A stretch of DNA of 64,000 nucleotides from Dimorphilus gyrociliatus (Eukaryota > Animalia > Annelida): positions 3,472,001-3,536,000 of the forward strand of contig CAJFCJ010000001.1 of assembly GCA_904063045.1 (NCBI GenBank), written 5' to 3'. The stretch's first letter is position 1, and the number at the start of each line of letters is the position of its first letter. Below, piece after piece: positions 25,868-38,689 of the stretch. Made by a program: the position numbers and the translations under genes. The notes under the pieces are model-generated. The model was not told where the DNA came from and ran no database searches. It worked only from the letters and a program-made list of their open reading frames with translations.

Positions 25868-27512
25868 CTATAATTTCAACTTTAAAACTACGGGGTCGCC
25901 TAGCACTAGTTCGTCGTCATCTTCGAACCATTCAGTTCCGGCGATCTTATAAAAATCGGGTGTTATTTCGGTATTTAGACCACTGGGTGCAAATTCTACT
26001 TCGGAAGATTTTTGATGTTCGCCGATAACTCTTATCTCTGGATCTTTATTAACGTCTTCACTTTCTGTTCTTATTATCTCCGGTTTTTTTTCGACCGGAA
26101 AAGTGTCATCATCTTCTAAAAGGCTGAAGCTGTTTTAGAAAGATAAAGATATTTTTATACACATATTCTAATGTAATGGAATGTTATGCCTACTTGAATC
26201 CTCCTACGAACATATCTTCTCCTGTACAACCTTCGGGAAGGGGTCTTTGACTAGGGGTCTCGTTCAAAAGATTTTCCTTTTTCGCTGCTTTCGCCTTTCT
26301 TACGTAGACTATTGTAAATAGTAACGCGCACAAGGCCATAAAAGCTGTTATGGAACCGAAGACAACTGCCAAAGGAGAAACACCTAATCGAGGTATATTG
26401 TCATCTTGGCAAACGAAGAGATCGGGCTTCAACGACATAAGGATCTCTCCTTTCAAATGTTTTGGTGTACTGCAAAATGCTTTGTCCGTTTTATTGAGCA
26501 TAGTAATCCTTAAATGTTTCAGGTGACAATCGCAACAAAAATGATTATTAGATATGAGCAGGTTGGTTAAACTATTCCAAAATGGTAGATTAGGGGAGAT
26601 TTTTTCAATATTCGACGACGAAACGTCTAGATAAGATAATTTTGAGCATTTAATAAAAGCATTGTCAGGAATCTCCGTCAAGTTTGTGTTCGACATAGTA
26701 ACAGTTGTTAACTTGGGAAGATCACTAAAGGCAGACATAGCCATTGCCTGAATAGGATTCGAATCAAGTTTAACAACAGACAAGTTAGGTAAACTGCAAA
26801 AAGAGCAAATTGGGAGTTCAACAATAGAATTATTAGTTAAATCAACACTTGACAACTGTAGTAAGGAGCCTGCTTGAATTTCGGGTAAAGAATTAATATT
26901 ATTATCTTTCAAGTATAGCCTTTCCACGTATTTCATTTGTTGATTAAAGATACTTCCGGCGATATTGTCTATCTGACAATTTTCGCACTCGAACGTTTGT
27001 AAGATTTGAAATGATGCTGGAAAATTAGTAATGTTCCTCAGTATATTCCCGTTTAGTTTCAGAACTTTTAACGACTTGAAACTACTCCATACTGATTCAA
27101 AATTCAATGTTTCTTCTCTAATAGAATTTCCTCCTAAATTCAATTCTTGAACATTTTCAAGCCCTTTGAACAGTTGAATGTTTTCATTTAAACTTATTTC
27201 ATTATCCGCCAAGGAAAGTCTCTGTAAGTTCGTTAATTTTTTAAACGGAATTTCTTTGAGGAGAGAATCGTTTAATCGATTGCGTTCCATAATCAAATCC
27301 ATTAAATTATCCATACTTCCAATCTGATTAAAGTCTTGTTTACTAAGAGTTTTTCCAGTCAAATTCAATGATTTTCCCTGGGCCTGGGAATTATTGGCTT
27401 TCGGAGGCGTTTTTTCCTTCGGAATGACCATAGTTAATATACTAGAAGTTGGCAGATTATCCGTAGCCGAGAATAAACAGAACAAGACGAAAAGATAAGC
27501 GTAATAGATCAT
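25868..27512 (-). CDS. Single-pass LRR transmembrane protein without TIR, about 526 aa, 2 exons
   Basis: Exons 27512-26194 and 26129-25868 (64-nt intron AA|gtaggc...aaaacag|C). Signal peptide, typical LRRs, LRRCT (NNHFCCDCHL...C...P...C), TM PLAVVFGSITAFMALCALLFTIVYV and an acidic tail. Exact donor uncertain. Confidence 0.88.
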
Positions 27513-30500
27513 ATTGTAACAAAGTCAACGATTTTAGAGAAAAGTAACAAAACAAAAACGATAGATCACTATACAAAGAGGAGCATTAAAGTTAATTTCA
27601 AGCGATTATTAAGAATCATGCGATTATCAAATCACTAATTGATTTATATCTTTTCTTATTAAATTATCGTATAAATAACTATAAGATTAATAAAGTTTCT
27701 CCCCTTTTCTTTATGCTTTAGCTGTTGTTTTATAGACAACGTTTATTGCTCTTTCTTTCTCACTCTTCTTTCCTCCCTTTCTCTTCTTTAGCTTGCTGTC
27801 ACTGGCCTCTTTTTTTTTTCACTACTATTATTCTGTAACAATACTGATAAGATAAAATATCTAAGAACGCCTATTTTCTCACTTATCTTTAACGCGACAA
27901 TGTGTTATTTCAAATTTTTATCTGATAACCTTTTATTGCGATTATGATTCATGGTTCATTTCGAAATATTTTGTTAAATTGTCAAGCTAAGCTTTTGTTT
28001 ATGGCTTAAAATAAATACGGCCGGTTATATCCGGTTATTTTGTTATTGTTGCATCTGTTTTCTATGATTCTGTCTCAGTCATCTTCCCCTTGAAAGGATG
28101 GAGCGATGCTAAAGGCTTTTTCCTCTCTCCCTCTCCCTCCCGACACTTACATATGTAAATATTAGTATATACAATGTACAAAATGAAAGCAAAAACAAAA
28201 GAGAGAAAGGGAGAAAGGAAAAGAGAAAGAGAGAGAGAGAGAGAGAAAGAAAGAAAAGTTCTCTCTCTTTTTATTTTTAATAAATAATAAAGAAAGGTCT
28301 TCTTTTGTCTCATATTTTTACATTATTAGCTATTTAAAAATAAATGAAATAATAAGGCTTTTTGTCCGTCAATAGCCTAATATTTATTTTAATCCTTTTT
28401 TTTTAATATTAGAGCTATTTCTTCATAAACATAAATAGAATATCCTTTAATTGCTTTCCATGTTCAGTTTTACCCAAGTAGTTAATTATTCAGCTTCTTT
28501 AATCATTATCATACATTGTCACTTAATTGCGCAAAAATTATCGGCTTTTACAAGGTAAAATCTATTTCACTCTCCTTCTTTCCTTTCTCTTTCTCTCTCT
28601 CTCTCCCTCTCTCTTCCTATAGAATTATTATTATATACATTTCAACAGGTTGAATTCAATATTTTGTAATTAATTAATTGACAGATTGAATAAAGCCAAG
28701 GTCTCTAGAATAGTTTGCGCCGCCTGACCTATTGTAGATATTGATGGTATTAACTTGTTCCAATTTCATTGCAAACTGCGCCATCTGTAGTTGTTTTATA
28801 CTGAGAACTAAGAAGAAGAGAAAGAAAGATAGAGAGAAGAAGGACTAAACGGGGCAGGAAGAAAAAAAGGATTATGATCATTGAAATGATTTTGTCGTAT
28901 AGAGATGTTAAAAATTTCTAAATTAAGAATGAGCAAATATATAAAGTTGTCTTAAAGAAATGCAATTTAGTCAATGCATCTTCGTCAATGATTTGTATAG
29001 ACGATCAACTTAAATACATAACCTCCTGTAGAAGTTTCATTAATATTGTACAATTTGTAAACAATGAAGGTGGAAAGGATCGTTTAATTTTTTTTTCACG
29101 CCATCTACCGTTTTAGTCAATTGAACTGGAAAGAGAGAGGGGATGTATTCAATTTTTAGACTTTATCCTCTCATACTGATTATAGAAGCAAACAAAGGAG
29201 GATAGATATAGTAAGGAAGGAAGGATGGAACCGGGAAGGGAGGGAGGGAGGGAGGGAGGAAGGAAGGAAGGTTGGATAGTAAAATGGAAAGGGTTTATAT
29301 TTGGAGAGAGAGAGAGAGAGTTAGAGAAAGGAGAAAGAACAAGCGACGAATACAGAGAAATATAATTCCCATATGTTTTTAATGATACGTCTCTAGTCGT
29401 TAGAGTTTTGATGCTTAGCCTTGGTCTTATTTCCCAGGGTGATAAAAAGAAACAGTTCAAGCTCTAATGATTTAATCTGTTTATTTAATTTTGATGAGCT
29501 AGCTTTTCTATTTATGCTATCTTTAAATAGATATAACTACATATATGTTTAAAGTTAACGATGCAATGTTTTATACTTTCTATGATAAACAACAAGGGAA
29601 AAGTTCATTAAAATTTAAGAGAGAGATATATCTAAAGCAATTGGATTAAATTGGAGCGAAGAGTGAGTAATTGTCACGTATCAACTAGAATCATGGACGC
29701 TCCAATAATAAACGCTCCGAGATATTTTACCGATAGTAACGAGCTGTTTACTTTCATAAAAGAAAAGACGTGTTTGTAAATGATTTTATTAAAGTTTGCA
29801 GTAGAATGTTTAGTGTAGACTGACTTTCACAGCAACACATACACCTACACACATAACACGCGTGCATGCATATATTGTACATATATAAATATATATACTG
29901 TATACATATATACATACATATACAAACATGACGCATTCGATGAAAAGAAAGATTAAGATATATAGTTTAAAGAGACTAAAGAGACGCTCCGCACGTTGGA
30001 AATGGCTTAAAGCGGATCGGATTTGAAAGCAAATGTACAGTATATTATACATATTATACAGCATATACATATAATTCTGAACAAGTATCGACTATGAGCC
30101 ATTACTAAGGAAAATATTGATCATTATAAATTTATCTATGGTTCGATAAACCCTGAAGGAGCTCACCTAATTTTATTGATGAGATAAGAACAACATTTAA
30201 ATAAAAAGTTCTTTATTTCCTAAAAGTATAGAAAAGTAAATGTAGGCGGGAGAAGGAAGACAAGGAAGAAAAGGAAAACTATAACGATTATAGGATAGAA
30301 GGAGAAACGAGGAAAATTCTCAGCGGATTAAGGAATTATTAAGAAAAGGGTCTATTATGATACAGTGCTGTTTTTAATAATAAATATAATATAAATGCAG
30401 TTTATTGCATTCAATTTTCCTTTCTTCCTCTTTATTCGATTAACAAAAATATCGGTGATTATTTCTTTTTCCCTTCAATACAGTCCTTTGTATTATTTGT

Positions 30501-30660
30501 CCTCGACAGAACTAGATACTTAAGCCTATTGGCATAGCAGTCGTACGGTTTTGTTCAGAGGAAGACCTATTTAATGATCACAAATAAGAACATCTCTTAT
30601 TTTATTAGTAATTCGATATTTATTTTGTCTGTTAATGAGAATTTAACGTCATTGTTATTG

Positions 30661-31847
30661 TTATTGCAACATCATTTGACAGAATTCGTTATAGTCAATA
30701 ACCCCGTCGCCGTTTACATCAGCGGCTTCCAACATTTCTGATATTTCCTGTTCGGTCATCTTCTCGCCAAATTTAATCATTGCTTCTTTCAATTCTTCTT
30801 TACTTATTGTTCCGTCTCCATTCTTGTCAAACATTTTAAAGGATTTCCATAATTCGTCTCTGGTCTCTTCCGAATTTTTATAGTGTCTGGATAAGAGCTG
30901 AAGAAACTCTTCAAATTTTATTGTTCCGTTACTATCTTTACCTAAATCATTCATGATGTCCTGTTAGATGGAAGAAAAGAGAGAGAGAGAGAGAGGAAAT
31001 AATAGGTTTCGGATAGTGAATTTGAAAGAGAATCGATTAAAAGGTTAGACTTTAAATAAGATGACTACACTTATAATTCTATATGCTATATGCATTATTC
31101 AACATATTAGCGTTTATTAAAGGGCTATCTCTATATCTCTATGATTACGTTAAATAATATATACTGTATATACGTATACGTACATTGGTATACATGTATA
31201 CATACTTTATATCAAATATCCTACAATCATTTATAATTTATTCAATAGAGAGATACAATATTTCAATTTCACTATCCTTTATATCATGCTCTGTAGGATT
31301 TTGTCCTAAAGCTCTCATCACGGACGCAAGATCGGTTGTTGTTATGTACTTCTTATGATCCTTGTCGAAAAGGTTAAACACTTGTCTAAACTCTAAAGAA
31401 AACGAAGGGGAGAAGCGTTTAGAAAGATAAATAGATAGGAGAGATAGGGGAAAGGAATGAGTAGACAGAATGAGTAAACAATTTTAGAGAAAAGGGAAGA
31501 AGAGCTTGAAGAGTAGAGAGAAAGGAAAATGTTTTACCTTCGATTTGTTCGTCACTGAATGGTTGCGCCTTTAATAAATAAGAAAAGATAAATGAACAGA
31601 CATGAATGACTATATTCTATATATAAAATTAGTAAATAAGGTCGTCTAAAAAACACTGATATTTAAATTTAGCTATAGTAAAAATGAAAATTTAATGATG
31701 CATTGTATCGTTTGAGTATTTACAGTATTGCGGTAGCATTAGGAAAATGGAAAAGAAAGATGATAATAGTCACAAAAAAAAGTAGTACAATTGAGAAAAT
31801 TTGTAAAAATGAATATTTTATAGATGAGAAGATTGAAAGCTTACCAT
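30661..31847 (-). CDS. Calmodulin-like protein A, 149 aa
   Basis: Exons 31847-31845 (ATG only), 31568-31538, 31392-31277, 30960-30661; sum 450 nt. MAQPFSDEQIEEFRQVFNLFDKD...ALGQNPTEHDIKDIMND. Requires a GA donor at 31276. Confidence 0.88.
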
Positions 31848-32843
31848 AAATTCTAATATCTATTGCATTAAACACAACGAAAAGTAGACAACTGTTTTGG
31901 TTTTTACTCGGCGATTGGCCTCCCCCCTTTCTTTAGAACAACAACAATAACAGCCACAACGATAATTCTAATAATTACGATAATGGCAATAACAACAATA
32001 ATAACAACAACACCAAACTAATACGATCCCAACTGTTGAGGAGCAGGAGGAGGAGGAGGAGGAGGAGGAGAAAGGGTAAATGGTATTTAGTTGAACGATT
32101 GCTTAACGTAGACTATTTCGAGGAGGAAGAATTCTACTTTTGTTCCAACTGATACTGAATAGAGAAGGCGCACCTGAGAACACCTCACAACAACGTATCC
32201 TAAAGCCAAGAAAATATATAAATGCGGACCTAATCCTCTAATCCCCCGTATCAATAGTTAAAAAAGAAATAGGCTTAGGTAATCTATTTATTAAAAAAGA
32301 AAGAGAGACTAATAACAATAAGAAGACTGCCTTTATTTTTTCTGAATATATTTTTATATAACATTTGTAAGAGTATCGATCAAAAATTTACAGCATACTC
32401 ATTTGCAGTTCTTTTTCTCTCTTTATTATATTTATACTGCATTTATACTGTATATAGACAGATAGATATTAATATATTTGAAAGTTTATTTACTAGAATG
32501 TAAAGTATTTTGTATACAATGTTCCGCGGGTGTTGCATCCTCAACGTAGAGAGCGGAGTGTTGACAGAAAATCTCTGCAGCTTCTCCATGAATGTCTTCA
32601 TGTTTATTATATATATACAGTATATATGTGCACTTGTAGTACGATTCATATATATATATATATGAATACATATTCATACTTATATTTGTTCTAATATATA
32701 CACAGTGTGTATTATAAATTACACTTGTATTTCAAAGCTGCTATCGTAACAGGTGTCATTCAAATCTAAGTGTTTCCTACTCGCTTCACGAAAATATACT
32801 GTATGAAATTTATATTATATACATTCATATACTGTATATACAG

Positions 32844-32877
<34 letters not shown>

Positions 32878-32985
32878 AATATGTCTAATATAATTTTACA
32901 TCTACGTATATCTAATCAAATAAACACAATTGCACGTGTACCTAATCACATGTTCCTTCAGCTACGTATTTCACTTGTATATACA

Positions 32986-33025
<40 letters not shown>

Positions 33026-33151
33026 TTATATGTTTATATACGCATAAGTAACATGTGCTGCAAAATCAATCTACAGTTTATGGGTATTAAAATGAAATAT
33101 GAACAAGAATTCAACATTCTTCTCCTGTGACTTGGATTGGTATTTTATACA

Positions 33152-33198
<47 letters not shown>

Positions 33199-33261
33199 CA
33201 TAGAGATATATAGATATATTTATATAGACTTATACTAGTGTTGATATATTATAATTGGATA

Positions 33262-34578
33262 ATGAAGAAAAGTCTTTTGATTTGTACTTATATTGTTATT
33301 GGAATAGGCCTATACGTTTTATATAATCTCTTAATGATTGGTAAGAATGAACAGAATATTGTAGAGTTTGAAAAACTAGAAAAGCTAGCTTTTCAAGATT
33401 TAATAAATGGGGAATGGCAAACTTTAAAGAAGGATTCAAATATCATTTACTTTCATAGAGCAATTTACGATTCTAGAAAATTCGAAAAATGGTCAAGTCC
33501 TTGCGTTACAATGTTTGTTCTTAGTAATACGCAGGAAGTCAACGATCTAGAAGATCTTACCTGTGGTTATACATTCTTTAATAGGACAATTCGTAGAAAT
33601 ACTAATGTTATACTAACTGACAAGGCTTTCAGATGGCATGAAACGCATCTTCAGGAATTTGTTGTTCAGTGTCCGGTGGACGGTATCTACCCAATTCCTA
33701 CCTACATCTTCATAGAGAGAAATACTAATGATAGAGCTACACTCAAAATAGAGAGACCCTACGCAGGAAGTCACGATATAGGGATTTGCGTTCCAGTCAT
33801 ATACGGTTCATTCGACACGCATATGCTAATTGAATGGTTCGAATTGCATAAATTTTTCGGCGTAAATTTTTTCGATATAACCGTCTGGAATGTTTCGTCA
33901 GACGTTCTATCCGTTCTGAAATATTACGAATCACAGCAACAGCTTTTGCTAACGCTAGTGGATATACCATTCAAGGTGAAACTGGACCAGACTGCCTCCG
34001 GATTACAGCCTAGTAAGAAGCCATTTTTTCTTAAAGCATTTATGCCGATTGCTTTAAACGAATGCTATCTGATGAACTCGTTAAGGGCAAAATATATGCT
34101 ATCGTTAGATTTTGACGAATTTATTTATATCAATATGACTAAATATCGAAGTTATAACCAACTTTTACAAAATTTTCACCACGACGAGTATTTCGTTAAT
34201 CTTTTAATGGGAAAAGTTAAATTCGACATAAGCTGTCAGATGACCCTTAAAAGTTCCAGCTATATATTTCGACACGCTTTCAGACAACCACTAGAAACAA
34301 TGAAAATGGCCGATAATCCAAAATCCTTCTTTAGGCCTACAAACTGCCCTTACATGGGTAATCACTTTTGCGTATGGAATAAGGAAGTAAGCCAAAAGGG
34401 ATATCCTAGAGCGAAAACATCACAAGTTTTCGTCTCCCATTTCAGGAAGAGAGAAAAGTGCGAGGAATCTGTTAAACAAAAATATCAAATTGATAGAACT
34501 CTTAAATTTGCCGCACCTACATTATTAGAAAGATTTGCCAAGGTTAAAAACAAATTAAGATTAAAGAAAATAACTTGA
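33262..34578 (+). CDS. GT92/DUF23-family glycosyltransferase, type II membrane, 438 aa, single exon
   Basis: N-terminal TM after MKKS. Motifs IGICVP, LIEWFELHKFFGV, LNECY and YMLSLDFDEFIY (DxD). The track start at 33238 is GTG; first ATG is 33262. Confidence 0.85.
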   Translation: MKKSLLICTYIVIGIGLYVLYNLLMIGKNEQNIVEFEKLEKLAFQDLINGEWQTLKKDSNIIYFHRAIYDSRKFEKWSSPCVTMFVLSNTQEVNDLEDLTCGYTFFNRTIRRNTNVILTDKAFRWHETHLQEFVVQCPVDGIYPIPTYIFIERNTNDRATLKIERPYAGSHDIGICVPVIYGSFDTHMLIEWFELHKFFGVNFFDITVWNVSSDVLSVLKYYESQQQLLLTLVDIPFKVKLDQTASGLQPSKKPFFLKAFMPIALNECYLMNSLRAKYMLSLDFDEFIYINMTKYRSYNQLLQNFHHDEYFVNLLMGKVKFDISCQMTLKSSSYIFRHAFRQPLETMKMADNPKSFFRPTNCPYMGNHFCVWNKEVSQKGYPRAKTSQVFVSHFRKREKCEESVKQKYQIDRTLKFAAPTLLERFAKVKNKLRLKKIT

Positions 34579-35009
34579 AAAAGAAGACAACGTCCTAGTT
34601 TTTTCTTTTCTCTCTCTCTCTCTCTCTCTCTGTCTCTTTCATTCTTTCTGCTTTTGTTCTACTTTCTCTATTTAGCAGTTTTATTTTGTTTAAGTGATTT
34701 GTTTAATAAATAAAAATTGTTATTCAATCGCTTATTGAGTAAGATTGAATGAATCAGTAAATGAATAAATTAATGATCTTATATCGCAATATATTGTGAC
34801 ACAGAGAATAGACATTCTTCTTTTTGTGACCATACATATATAGATGTATACGTATATACTGTCTATACATATATTTAATGGTTGCGTAATTCTTTTGCGC
34901 ATATCATTCTAGTGCCCTGTACAAAAGAAATATGCAGTGTCACAGTGAAAACGAGAAAATTAATTGGTGTTTATTTAAATGAACAAAGATAAATTGAACA
35001 GCTGGAACA

Positions 35010-35040
<31 letters not shown>

Positions 35041-35940
35041 AAGATAAAAAAGGAAAGAGACAACATGAACACGTACTGTCATCGATTTAGAAGAAGAATA
35101 AGACGCTTGGTCGATCAAGTAAACAGAGACCTAAGCCATCCATTGTATTAATGAGAAAAAAGTGAAATTGGTCTGGCAATTAGTAGCATTATATTAAGTA
35201 AGCTATTAGCAGAAAAAAAGAGATGCTTGACAAGGCCACCTAATGCTACTCAATAGGTTTAAGAACTAGTTAAGTGAGCAATAAACTAACTAAACAAAAA
35301 TGAGGCCTATATACGAATGTTTTTCACACATTAAACTCTTAATATATATCCCGGATATTAAATAGTACATAATTAACGATTTACGTGCGCGAAGGGTTAA
35401 TCACCTATCTTTTTCCCTTACTAATTCGTTGCTTATATCTCATTTAGAAAACAGATGTTTGTAAAGTTGCTTAGACGTTAAAAGCACCCACTAACGCTAA
35501 TATTTAATAGGAAATAAAGGTCACATGTATATTTAATAATATACCAGTTGTTCATTTATATGTAAACCATATTATTCCCATATACTAATATTTATTATAT
35601 TTGTTATGCAAAGTTTCAAATATTCTCATTTTATAATTTAATATGCCATATCTTATGCTATTCTCTCATATTCTATTCAAGTTTTAGCCATTTTTTTTAA
35701 CAAATCTTTTGCGTTTATCTACATTCTTAATGGACAGAGAGAGAGAGAGAGAGAAGAGTGTAGAGAAAGGGCATTCACTAATATGGAATTGTTATATAAA
35801 TATTCAATCCTTTTTTTCTCTATATTCAATTATCTGAATTAAAAACCAATACATACAGTATTTTTTTAGCCTATTAGTTTAAAAAAAAACTGCAATATTC
35901 ATTTTTTAGAAGGAATAAGTGTAATAAATCTAATATTATA

Positions 35941-35951
35941 TCATCATCATT

Positions 35952-35987
<36 letters not shown>
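35941..35987. repeat. (CAT)n microsatellite
   Basis: Seen directly. Confidence 0.9.
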
Positions 35988-35988
<1 letters not shown>

Positions 35989-36378
35989 ATATTCATTATA
36001 ATCATCAAAGTTATCATCATTTCCTTTAACTAGAAGTATTGTTTAGAAAAAAAAGATGCTAATGAATTAGTTTATTAATTGATTTATCATCTTTTTTTGT
36101 AAACTTTATTAGAATTATTAATATTCATATTTTGTTGTTGTTGATATTGTTGTTGCTGTCATTATTATTCTTATTCTTCTTTTTGTAGTTTAGTAATCTT
36201 GTTATTCATTTACAGTTAAAATTATTCAAGGAGAAGAAAGTTAAAAAAACATTAACAGTCATTATAATAGACAGAGAGAAAGAGAAAGAGAGAGAGAGAG
36301 AGGAAAGAGTGTTTTGGAGAATTCAAAGGTTTACTACATAAATTATAAAATGTTCATATTTCTCCCAATCAAGATAGT

Positions 36379-38366
36379 TCAATTATCTTTCTTGTCTTGA
36401 TAGTTTGCTGGAGGACTGGCTTCATAATTTTTGTGTTCAATTATCATGCAACCGTCAACATAAAGCTCATAGATCGCTCTAGCATTATGCTCAATTCTTT
36501 TGATTCTACCGCTGTGCATTTGTGCTTGCTCAGTTTGATTGACTAGAAAGTTGAAATCAATCGCAATTCCTTCTTCAGAAAAGTACTGATTAGTATCCCA
36601 ATACGACCCATTTGCCCAAACTTCTCCAGTTTTCTCACCTGTAGAAAACCACGACTAATCGTTAGCAAACAGTAAACAGTTGTAAAATTATCTTGCGCTT
36701 TGTTTACATCTACTTTACATTCTCTCTCCTAAAGGGAGATCCAACTAGTCTCTCTCTCTCGCCCCCGTCTTAATGAAAAATTAGGCCTAATGAAACGAAT
36801 AAAAAAAATCTTTACTAATTATCCCACCGCTAATACAAGCGCCACAACCACTACTACCATTACTACCAACTCAATCAGGCTTCACTCCTAAAAGCAACAT
36901 TCTAAAGGGAAAAGGCAAAGTCGGGTCACATGACTTTTGAATAAAATATTCACAGCTACTTTTATTTCAGCCTTTCATGGTCTTTAGAATAGAATATTGA
37001 ACAAGTTGATTACTACATGCATATAATACATCTACGTTTCTGACTTGTAGTCAACATTTACCTCCTACGTTTTATAAGAGTTATAAAGGGTTATTTCTGC
37101 TATAAAGCCAATAGATATCTAATAATAAAGTATAATCATTCGTCCAAATGATTTCCAAGTGTAATAATTAATACATTTTCTAATAGAAAATGCCTAATAT
37201 ATGTACATTTTTAAATATGTTATGTCCGTTAATTATGGATAATACTATATTAATAATTTGATGTTAATATTGCCCTTTATATAGATTGCTATATACTTTT
37301 CAAACAGAAAATGAACAATCTCCCAAAGAGAAAGAAGAAGAAGATGGCTCTCCATCTTTTTATCATTAAGAAACTTCTCTTAATATTCTCTCCCTGTTTT
37401 TCGTCTGCTCTCGTCTTACTTTCCTACCCGAATATATCATTTATTTCTTACTAGTTTACCCAAATCAACTTACTATACATGACAGTTGTAGGTTCGTCAT
37501 CGCACATCCAATACCAGACTTTGGTGTTATCGGTTGACATCGGTGGGGTGGGATCACCTGATGGTGTTTGTAAGCTATGGAAACCAAAATATCATGTACA
37601 AAATGATTGATCAATGTAGAATATTCCTATATCGATTAGTTTGGCTTGTTTGTCAAGTTCTATCAACGAGTTGAGACTCGACCTTTTTTTTCTTTTTTTT
37701 TATTGTATTTCTATTTTTTCTCTCTTACGTAATTTTAACACTTTAATAGACATGTTTGCATGCTATATTTCAAACAGACTATATATCAATAGACGCTAGT
37801 TATTAGCAACATAACAAAATTCGTGTCAGTCTATTAACTATTCATTGAAAAATAAAATACTTCCAACGTAGTAGGGGAAGAGACAGAGAGAGATGGAGGG
37901 AAATAGAAGGAGATAATGGGAGAGAGGAGACAGAAGGACGATAACCAAACCACCGAACCCTTAGGTTTCCTTTTTCTTTCTATGACTAAGAAAGATTTAT
38001 ATATTCTCTCTCCCCGTTTATTTTCCCATTGCTCAAAACAAAACATGCAACTTGGATATTTATTTCAATGAAGAAGGAAGGAAAATCGGAAGAAATTTCC
38101 AAAAGGATTAAGGGAAAATCCCTTCTCTTTTCTACTTTTTCCCCCCGTTTTAGCTCGAATGCAAAAAGGAAAGAAAAAGTAATTTTTTTAATATAAATAT
38201 TAATAAAGTATTCAATGTTTTGAATGTATCCTTATTATTTATAAACTTTTATAATATTGTTGAAATTTCGTTGACATTATAAAACAAAAATTGATAGTTT
38301 TTAGTGAATATTTATGCAATAGATTCCTTGTATGAACTCGGTGAATAAGACAATAAATCTAAAAAT

Positions 38367-38414
<48 letters not shown>

Positions 38415-38614
38415 CATATATATATATATATATATATATATAGTGGTTCATCGCATTTATTTTATACACTATTCTCTCATTTTATTCTCTTTGTATGAAA
38501 AGTATCTCCTATTCAAGGTAAAACTTACTTTCTTGGTTGAGAAGCTTTCTTCTTAGGTTTGGCGCTTTTAGGCTTTGAGACGCCCTTTTTTCCTGCAGTC
38601 AACAGGATAGACAT
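36379..38614 (-). CDS. FAIM-like single-domain protein with Lys-rich N-terminus, 148 aa, 3 exons
   Basis: Exons 38614-38529, 37574-37474, 36638-36379; sum 447 nt; phases 2 and 1 match. TKVWYWMCDDEPTTVMYSEKTGEVWANGSYWDTNQYFSEEGIAIDF aligns without gaps to the FAIM C-terminal domain as recalled (TNTWVLHMDGENFRIVLEKDAMDVWCNGKKLETAGEFVDDGTETHF). Absent from the ORF track. Confidence 0.8.
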
Positions 38615-38675
38615 GTTCAGTTCTGTCGCTTGAACGGTAGAATGCCAAATACTTCAACTTAGATGATCAATTTTA

Positions 38676-38689
38676 GCACGTGACTTCCG
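38676..38689 (-). promoter_or_regulatory. Overlapping E-box (CACGTGAC) and ETS (ACTTCCG) motifs in the FAIM-like promoter
   Basis: gcacgtgacttccg lies about 65 bp upstream of the ATG at 38614. Confidence 0.4.

Noticed and set aside
28672-29130. Exon-like minus-strand stretches (MAQFAMKLEQ...; QLTKTVDGVKK...)
   Set aside because: They cannot be joined into a gene; their shared AGATGGCG is better explained as the CTCF-like motif.
32486-32677. GC-richer island open in several frames
   Set aside because: No homology or splice support; the openness extends into TA repeats.
35064-35150. 28-aa Arg-rich ORF MNTYCHRFRRRIRR...
   Set aside because: Too short, with no partner exon or homology.
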